From contig JAGYNB010000002.1 of the NCBI GenBank assembly GCA_018400015.1, forward strand, positions 116,555 through 180,554: a DNA stretch of 64,000 nucleotides, read 5' to 3'. This document shows, piece by piece, positions 57,751 to 64,000 of the stretch; the stretch's first letter is position 1; the number at the start of each line of letters is the position of its first letter. The position numbers were made by a program, and so were the translations under genes. This stretch comes from Candidatus Omnitrophota bacterium. GTDB lineage: Bacteria > Omnitrophota > Gorgyraeia > Gygaellales > Gygaellaceae. The notes beneath the pieces are model-generated. The model saw nothing but the letters and a program-made list of their open reading frames with translations, was not told the origin of the DNA and searched no databases.

Positions 57751-59108
57751 ATAAATCTACAGGTTATATTCATTTAATCGGTATTGGCGGTATTGGAATG
57801 AGCGCCATAGCGCATCTGTTAATCTCCAGCGGCTATAAAATAAGCGGGAGTGATTTAAAAAATAGTCCAATTATATCAAAGCTGCGCACGCGCGGCGCTA
57901 GGATTTTTATTGGGCACAGTAAAGATAATCTTAGAGACGATGTTGTTTTGGTGGTTTTTTCTTCAGCGATTTCTTTAGGGAACGAGGAATTAGCCCAGGC
58001 CTTAAAGAAAAATATTTCAGTAATGCAGAGGGCACATTGTTTATATGAACTTATGCACGACAAAAAGATAATTGCTGTTAGTGGTTCTCACGGAAAGACT
58101 ACGACTACATCTTTAATTTCGCATATATTGATTAATGCCCAGCTTGATCCTTCGGTTATGATAGGTGGGATACAAAAAAATATTAAAACCAATGCCGTTT
58201 TCGGCAAAGGTGAATATTTTGTTACTGAAGCTGACGAAAGCGACGGTACGTTTTTATTGTATAAACCCGATTACTCTATAATTACAAACATAGATTATGA
58301 ACATGTTGATTTTTTCCGTAGCTGGAAGAGGATTGAACAGAAGTTTTTAGAGTTTGCTGACAATACAAAAAAAACCGTAATTTATTGTTATGATGATGCC
58401 AGGCTTAGAAAGTTGTTAAATCGTAAAAATATAAAGAAGATTAGTTATGGTTTTAATCCTGAAGCATTAATTCGTGCCGAAGATATAGATCTAAGATCTT
58501 TAAGATCTCGTTTTGATGTCTATTTTAGGAATAAAAAAATTGGCAGGATAGATTTATCTTTAGCCGGGTTGCATAATGTGCGTAATTCTCTTGCTGCGGT
58601 GGTCTTAGCTTTAGAATTAGGAGTTGATTTTGGTCTGATCCGTAAAAGTCTGAAGTCAATCAAGGGGGTTGAAAGAAGACTTCAGTTAAAACATTGTAAT
58701 GGTTTGACAGTAATCGATGATTATGCGCACCATCCCACAGAGATAAAAGCTACCTTAGAGGCGTTATCTTATTTTAAGCATGATAGAATGATTGTTGTCT
58801 TTCAACCGCATAGGTTTACACGCACTAAGTTCTTATGGAATGAATTTAAGGATTGTTTTCGTGATAAAGCCGACATTATTTTTATTACGGATATTTATTC
58901 TGCCGGAGAAAAGCCGATTAGAGATATCAATTCCAAAAGGCTGGTTAAGGATATTCTAGCTATTCACAGCAACACATCTTATTTAAGAAAAGAAGATATT
59001 GTCAAAAGGTTAATCCGTTTACTTAAGCCAGGTGATATGGTGGTTACTCTTGGCGCAGGAGATATAAATAGAATAAGCAATGAAATCATTAAAAGAATCA
59101 AAAATTAA
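57729..59108 (+). CDS. murC: MurC ligase
   Basis: GIGGIGMSAIA, GSD, GSHGKTTT, EADESD, DDYAHHPTE, FQPHR. Confidence 0.97.
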   Translation: MVTISKINKSTGYIHLIGIGGIGMSAIAHLLISSGYKISGSDLKNSPIISKLRTRGARIFIGHSKDNLRDDVVLVVFSSAISLGNEELAQALKKNISVMQRAHCLYELMHDKKIIAVSGSHGKTTTTSLISHILINAQLDPSVMIGGIQKNIKTNAVFGKGEYFVTEADESDGTFLLYKPDYSIITNIDYEHVDFFRSWKRIEQKFLEFADNTKKTVIYCYDDARLRKLLNRKNIKKISYGFNPEALIRAEDIDLRSLRSRFDVYFRNKKIGRIDLSLAGLHNVRNSLAAVVLALELGVDFGLIRKSLKSIKGVERRLQLKHCNGLTVIDDYAHHPTEIKATLEALSYFKHDRMIVVFQPHRFTRTKFLWNEFKDCFRDKADIIFITDIYSAGEKPIRDINSKRLVKDILAIHSNTSYLRKEDIVKRLIRLLKPGDMVVTLGAGDINRISNEIIKRIKN

Positions 59109-59973
59109 GATCCGAAGGCGAGAAGATTTATCAAAGCATACAACTTTTAGAATCGGTGGTAAGGCTTGTTTTTGGTTTGAACCTATTGATATTAAACAGC
59201 TGCGTTATGTTTTGGAATTCACACGTAAAAAGAGATTGCCGCTTTTTGTTATTGCCCAAGGCAGTAATATTTTAGTTGATGGTAAAAAACTAAATGCGGT
59301 TGTGATTAAGTTGAGTAAGTTTAATTTTATTGAAATTGATGAGAATCAAGATATGATAACTGCCGGTGCAGGAGTTAAGATTGCTGAGTTATTAAAGAAA
59401 GCACAAGAGCATAGCTTAAGCGGCTTGGAATTTCTTTTTGGAATTCCCGGTTCTTTGGGAGGTGCATTAGTAACGAACGCAGGCGTTTCTTCGCCAAAAA
59501 GGACATGGATAGATTCTTCTGTTGTTGATATTTGCGTTATGGATCGTTCTGGTAGAATAAGGCTTTTGGATGCATCTTGTGCTGGTTTTGGCTATCGAAA
59601 GTCTAATTTGGGTAAATACATAATTCTTTTTGCAACGCTTAAATTAAAACGCTCAAAAAAGAAAGCAATTAATAAAAACATTACAGTCTATAAGAAGATC
59701 AGAAAGCATAATACTCCTGGTTATCCCAATGCCGGCTGTATTTTCAGAAATCCCAGTCATAATCTAAGCGCTGCTAAATTAATTGATCAGTGTGGACTAA
59801 AAAACGAATCAGTCAATGGTGCTTTTGTTTGGCATAGACATGCTAACTTTATCATTAATAAAAATAATGCCAGTTTTAACGATGTTATAAGGTTGATACA
59901 TAAGATTAAAGAAACCGTGAAGGAACGGTTTAATGTTGATCTTGTGCCTGAAATAAAAATATGGAAAACTTAA
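59080..59973 (+). CDS. murB: UDP-N-acetylenolpyruvoylglucosamine reductase
   Basis: TTFRIGG.A, GSN, GIPGS.GG...NAG, F.YR.S, AGC.F.NP, HANF. Confidence 0.95.
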   Translation: MKSLKESKIKIRRREDLSKHTTFRIGGKACFWFEPIDIKQLRYVLEFTRKKRLPLFVIAQGSNILVDGKKLNAVVIKLSKFNFIEIDENQDMITAGAGVKIAELLKKAQEHSLSGLEFLFGIPGSLGGALVTNAGVSSPKRTWIDSSVVDICVMDRSGRIRLLDASCAGFGYRKSNLGKYIILFATLKLKRSKKKAINKNITVYKKIRKHNTPGYPNAGCIFRNPSHNLSAAKLIDQCGLKNESVNGAFVWHRHANFIINKNNASFNDVIRLIHKIKETVKERFNVDLVPEIKIWKT

Positions 59974-60887
59974 AAGACTTAAAAATAGCTGTATTGATGG
60001 GCGGGGTGTCCTCAGAGCGGGATATTTCTTTAAAATCCGCTGATTCTGTGTACAGCGCGCTCAAAGAGTTAGGGTTTGATGTAGTAAAAGTCGACATTGA
60101 TACAGACGATAATGATCAAATCCGTAGTAAAATAAAGATTTCAGGTGCAAATTTCATATTTATTGCTTTACACGGAGGCATGGGGGAAGATGGAACAATA
60201 CAGGGTATAATCGAATCTTTAGGTATAACTTATACAGGTTCAGGCGTTAAGGCGAGTTTATTGGCAATGAACAAGATTGAATCCCGCGGTATATTTAAAC
60301 AAAACGGTCTTAATGTTCCCGATTACATTAGCATAACTAATATGAATTTCGATCTTAATAGAATAATCAATGAATTTAGTTTTCCTGTAGTAGTAAAACC
60401 TGTTTCTCAAGGCTCAAGCGTGGGTTTACATATAGTTGATGATGTTAATTCTTTGGAAAGCGCCATTCAGGATGCATTATTGTTTGGCAGGGAAGTTTTA
60501 TTAGAAGAATATATTAAAGGACGAGAATTAACTGTCGGGATTTTAGATAGTCAGCCCTTGCCGATTGTGGAGATAAAACCGAAAAGAAGATTTTTTGATT
60601 TTAATGCTAAATATAATTATGGCATGACAGAATATATAGTTCCTGCTGAGCTGGATGATCACTTGGCAATAAAAATAAAATCTGATGCTTTAGCAGCCCA
60701 TAATAGCCTTGGCTGCAGAGGGTTTAGCAGGGTAGATTTGATTTTATCTATTGACAATAAACCGATAATTTTGGAAGTCAATACTATTCCCGGTTTAACC
60801 AACACAAGCCTTTTACCAAAAGCAGCAAATGCGCTTGGTTTGGATTTTCCGCAACTTTGTTTAAGAATAATACAAACGTCTTTTTAA
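59961..60887 (+). CDS. ddl: D-alanine--D-alanine ligase
   Basis: GG.SSE..IS, LHG..GEDG, GSSVG, AKY omega loop (Tyr, D-Ala-D-Ala type), LEVNTIPG.T. Confidence 0.96.
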   Translation: MENLKDLKIAVLMGGVSSERDISLKSADSVYSALKELGFDVVKVDIDTDDNDQIRSKIKISGANFIFIALHGGMGEDGTIQGIIESLGITYTGSGVKASLLAMNKIESRGIFKQNGLNVPDYISITNMNFDLNRIINEFSFPVVVKPVSQGSSVGLHIVDDVNSLESAIQDALLFGREVLLEEYIKGRELTVGILDSQPLPIVEIKPKRRFFDFNAKYNYGMTEYIVPAELDDHLAIKIKSDALAAHNSLGCRGFSRVDLILSIDNKPIILEVNTIPGLTNTSLLPKAANALGLDFPQLCLRIIQTSF

Positions 60888-60888
60888 T

Positions 60889-61677
60889 ATGACAAGAATA
60901 GAAAAACACAACAGATTTAAAAAGGTATTTCTATGGGGTGTTATTGGTATTGTTTTAATTAGCGTTATTTTGTTGTTATCATTTAGTTGGTTTAAGAATT
61001 CAAGCTTGTTTAACGTAAAGAAAATAACCGTGCTTAATTCCCAATATGCGAATTTACAATTCGATTATCTTAAAAATTCTAATATCTTTGAGCTTGATTT
61101 AATGAAGCTGGAACAGTTTATTGCCGATGATTATTATTTTATCGATTCTGTGAGAATTTCACGATACCTGCCAGACCAGTTGATTATTCAAGTTGAAGAA
61201 AAAACTCCTATAGCCAGAATTCTCTTACGCGATGGAAGAAAAAATAAATATTTTTCTATAGACAAACAGGGTATGCTTTTGCCGGTTGAGGTATATAGCT
61301 CAGATAATCCTGTGGTACTATTAGGTTTCCATGGCTTTTTGAGGGATCCAAACGTAGGTAAAGTCTATTATTATGATGAATTAAGCGCTTGTATTGCTTT
61401 TGTTGATAGTATAAAAAAAATTGCAATACCCGGGTTTTTGCATTTAAGGTGCATTGATTTTAAAAATAAAAATAATATATATGTTTTATTTTGTATAAAT
61501 AATAATGAAACGAAAAACTTGGATGATTTTTGTTTAAAGGTTGTTTTTACCTTAAGGGATATAAATGATAAAACTGATCTTTTAGTTAAGGTATTATATT
61601 CTTTAGTTGATAAACTAGATAAAATAGATTATATTGATCTAAGATTTAATGAGCCTATAGTGAAGGAAAAAAGTTAA
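60889..61677 (+). CDS. ftsQ: Cell division protein FtsQ/DivIB
   Basis: Single TM, POTRA (V.I.R.LP..L.I.V.E..P), C-terminal YIDLRF. Confidence 0.85.
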   Translation: MTRIEKHNRFKKVFLWGVIGIVLISVILLLSFSWFKNSSLFNVKKITVLNSQYANLQFDYLKNSNIFELDLMKLEQFIADDYYFIDSVRISRYLPDQLIIQVEEKTPIARILLRDGRKNKYFSIDKQGMLLPVEVYSSDNPVVLLGFHGFLRDPNVGKVYYYDELSACIAFVDSIKKIAIPGFLHLRCIDFKNKNNIYVLFCINNNETKNLDDFCLKVVFTLRDINDKTDLLVKVLYSLVDKLDKIDYIDLRFNEPIVKEKS

Positions 61678-61681
61678 ATTT

Positions 61682-62893
61682 ATGAAAAATATTTGTTCTA
61701 TAGATTTAGGGTCATATAAGATAAAGGGGTGTTTAGCCGCGGTTAATAATAAACTGCAGGTGATTGATAGCGTGTTCAAGGAAGTTCCTTCTCGAGGATT
61801 AAAACAGGGGATGATAAAAAATATTTCCGAACTGAGTGAGGCGATAGCTTTACTTATGGATTCTTTACAGGAAAAGAAAAGATTGAGAATTGATAAGGTT
61901 TATGTTGGTATAAATGGTACTAGTCTTGATTTTCGCTGCGTGAAGGCGGTAGTTCCTTTGACGGAAAGGGCGAATAAGCTCGTAGAAAATAATGACTTAA
62001 AGAAAATTGAAAAATACGCCAGTAATATACATATTAAATTCAATGAAGAATTATTGCATAACCTGCCGCAGTTTTATGTTTTAGATGACAATAAGCTTGC
62101 TGACCCAGTCGGGCTTTACGGGCATTGTCTTCAGATGCAGGCGATGTTTGTCTTAATGAAAACCAATGTTATGGACAGCTTGATAAAGGCTTTTTCTCAA
62201 TCAGGGGTTGAGGTTGATGAATTTGTCTTTTCCGATTACGCTGCTTCTTTTTCCGTATTGGATAAGCAAGATTTGGAAAAAGGATGTGTGCTTTTGGATA
62301 TCGGTAGTGAACTTACGCATGCAATTATTTTTGAGGCCGGTAGAGTCTGTGGTATAAAAGTATTGACGATTGGGTCAAATGCGATTACTGAGGATATCGC
62401 AAAACAACTTAGTATTAGTTGTGGATTAGCCAATGAATTAAAGATCGGACACGGTAGCGTTGCAAAAGAAGTTGACGAAAAAAACAAGGAAATAGTGGTC
62501 AGGATTGGTTCTGTTTATAAAAAAATCAATAAAAACAGCCTTAACGAGATAATTAATTCCAGTACAGATCGTCTTTTAGAACAGATTAAATCCGATTGTT
62601 CTGATGTAATAGATTTGTTCCGTGTAAATAAGGTTGTTGCTATAGGAGAAGGCGTTCTTTTGGATGGTTTTTTGGAAAAAATGGAATCTTTTTTTGGGGT
62701 TCCCGTTGTTCTTGGACAAGTAAAAGAAAAACCCCCTCAGATTATATCTAAAAATCCTACCTTTTGTATATGTATGGGGATTTTACGTTTTTGTTTAAAC
62801 GGTTATATTGAAAATAAGAATAGCTTTTATGAATCTTTTTCCCCGGCTGGAATATTTAGTAAGTTAAAATTGATTTATCAGGAGTATTTTTAA
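61682..62893 (+). CDS. ftsA: Cell division protein FtsA (divergent)
   Basis: IDLGSYKI, S.GL..G.I, DP.G..G..L, LLDIG, IT.DI, LK..HG; C-terminal amphipathic helix IFSKLKLIYQEYF. Confidence 0.88.
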   Translation: MKNICSIDLGSYKIKGCLAAVNNKLQVIDSVFKEVPSRGLKQGMIKNISELSEAIALLMDSLQEKKRLRIDKVYVGINGTSLDFRCVKAVVPLTERANKLVENNDLKKIEKYASNIHIKFNEELLHNLPQFYVLDDNKLADPVGLYGHCLQMQAMFVLMKTNVMDSLIKAFSQSGVEVDEFVFSDYAASFSVLDKQDLEKGCVLLDIGSELTHAIIFEAGRVCGIKVLTIGSNAITEDIAKQLSISCGLANELKIGHGSVAKEVDEKNKEIVVRIGSVYKKINKNSLNEIINSSTDRLLEQIKSDCSDVIDLFRVNKVVAIGEGVLLDGFLEKMESFFGVPVVLGQVKEKPPQIISKNPTFCICMGILRFCLNGYIENKNSFYESFSPAGIFSKLKLIYQEYF

Positions 62894-62916
62894 AACCCGT
62901 CTTTTTGCTTAACTTA

Positions 62917-62945
62917 TTGACAGCGCAGGAGTTTTATGTTAATTT
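62917..62945 (+). promoter_or_regulatory. Sigma70 promoter of yggS-proC
   Basis: TTGACA (62917-22), 17 bp spacer, extended -10 TGtTAATTT (62940-45). Confidence 0.65.
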
Positions 62946-62951
62946 ATTGCG

Positions 62952-63638
62952 ATGATATCTTCCAATTTGCTTAGCTTAAGAAGAAAAATCAAGGTTGTCT
63001 GCGATAGATGCCATCGAGATTATAACGATATCAGGCTTATTGTAGTAACAAAGACCGTAAAAGTAGAAGACATCAAAGAAGCTATCTCAAGCGGCGTGCA
63101 TGAGATAGGCGAAAATTATATCCAGGAATCCGCCAGGAAGTTTAAATATTTAAAAAATAATGCTCTTAAGTGGCATTTTATTGGTAAACTGCAGAAGAAT
63201 AAGACGAAATACGCTGTCGGTATATTTGATTTGATACATTCTGTTGATAATTTTGAATTGGCAGTTGAAATTGATAAACAAAGCCGTAAGATCAATAAGA
63301 TTCAGGATATACTCTTGCAGGTAAATATTGCCGGGTACGTCAATCAAAATGGCGTAAGCGTCAATGAAGTGTGTGATTTAGCTGCCAGAGTGAGCGAATT
63401 AAATAATATCCGCTTAAAGGGTCTAATGATGCTGGCGCCTTTTTTTGAGAATGCGGAAAAAGTACGACCTTTTTTTAAAAAACTTCGCCAGATAAAAGAG
63501 CAGATAAATTCGTTAAATAGCGATAAATTGAAGCTGGATATTCTTTCCATGGGTATGACTGCGGATTTTCAGGTGGCTTTGGAGGAGGGCGCTACAATGT
63601 TAAGAATCGGCAGGGCAATTTTTGGAGAAAGGCAATGA
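62952..63638 (+). CDS. yggS: PLP homeostasis protein YggS
   Basis: VTKT, GENY.QE, WHFIG.LQ.NK, GLM, LSMGM..DF..A...G.T..RIG. Confidence 0.95.
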   Translation: MISSNLLSLRRKIKVVCDRCHRDYNDIRLIVVTKTVKVEDIKEAISSGVHEIGENYIQESARKFKYLKNNALKWHFIGKLQKNKTKYAVGIFDLIHSVDNFELAVEIDKQSRKINKIQDILLQVNIAGYVNQNGVSVNEVCDLAARVSELNNIRLKGLMMLAPFFENAEKVRPFFKKLRQIKEQINSLNSDKLKLDILSMGMTADFQVALEEGATMLRIGRAIFGERQ

Positions 63639-64000
63639 AAAAAACAATCGGACTTATTGGTTGCGGCAATATGGGCGAAGCTATATTTAGAGGATGTAAA
63701 AAGGATAAACAGCTCAGGCTTTTAGCTACAGATAAGGTTAAATCCAGAAAAGATAAATTTTGCAGAAAATACAGGATTAAAAGCGCATGCAGCATCAGTG
63801 ATCTTATAAGATTATCAGATGTCGTTTTGATTGCCGTTAAGCCGCAGGATATTGACGAAGTTTTAGTTGAGATCAAAGAATCTTTAAGGAAAAATGTTTT
63901 GGTAGTTTCCATTGCAGCAGGTATTAGCTCAAAATATATTGAAAAAACAATAGGTAATAAAGTAAAAGTAATACGCGCCATGCCGAATATGGCAGCTGTA
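63635..64000 (+). CDS. proC: Pyrroline-5-carboxylate reductase (partial; runs off window)
   Basis: Manual translation MKKTIGLIGCGNMGEAI...IAVKPQ...VSIAAG...RAMPN; ATGA overlap with yggS. Confidence 0.92.
   Translation, partial: MKKTIGLIGCGNMGEAIFRGCKKDKQLRLLATDKVKSRKDKFCRKYRIKSACSISDLIRLSDVVLIAVKPQDIDEVLVEIKESLRKNVLVVSIAAGISSKYIEKTIGNKVKVIRAMPNMAAV

Noticed and set aside
58486-58510. Three closely spaced AGATCT copies in murC
   Set aside because: Short, coding (DLRSLRSR) and consistent with chance; not an array.
768-63981. Numerous short antisense or alternate-frame ORFs in the ORF track (e.g. 9095-9616, 30080-30607, 38477-38890, 63592-63981)
   Set aside because: They lie over well-conserved genes and show no recognisable motifs; these are expected shadow ORFs.
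1-64000. CRISPR arrays, prophage, IS elements, rRNA, inteins, recoded stop codons
   Set aside because: No repeat-spacer periodicity, transposase or phage genes seen; DnaB and other typical intein hosts are normal length; ORFs are intact under the standard bacterial code.

Overview
A compact, AT-rich stretch of core chromosome from a diderm (LPS-making) bacterium, probably Omnitrophota/PVC superphylum (inferred from gene content and order, not proven). Nearly all genes are on the + strand and many overlap. Order: end of glmU, prs-rplY-pth-rpsF-ssb-rpsR-rplI-dnaB, bamA-skp-lpxD-lpxC/fabZ-lpxA-lpxI, a mixed block (RluA, uppP, malQ, DUF502, nitroreductase), a standalone SpeD-like gene, a GH94 laminaribiose-phosphorylase-like gene (- strand), CvpA plus a UvrD helicase fused to an Fe-S nuclease, rpsO-pnp-ftsK-rodZ-rimO-pgsA-pgpA, an inverted cinA-thpR pair, an FMN-riboswitch rib operon with an embedded PHP hydrolase, tRNA-Pro(CGG), acyP-ligA-xerD-tRNA nucleotidyltransferase, rbfA-nrnA-ribF, a dcw cluster from mraZ to ftsA, yggS and the start of proC. 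I saw no CRISPR array, prophage, IS element or rRNA. The best leads are in the dcw cluster: no ftsZ after a motif-degenerate ftsA, a secreted gluzincin peptidase between murG and murC, and a 31-bp-spaced pair of NrdR-like boxes upstream of the mraZ promoter. Other leads are the PHP hydrolase in the rib operon and the orphan ESS-type pyruvoyl decarboxylase. All assignments come from reading motifs by eye; no searches were run.
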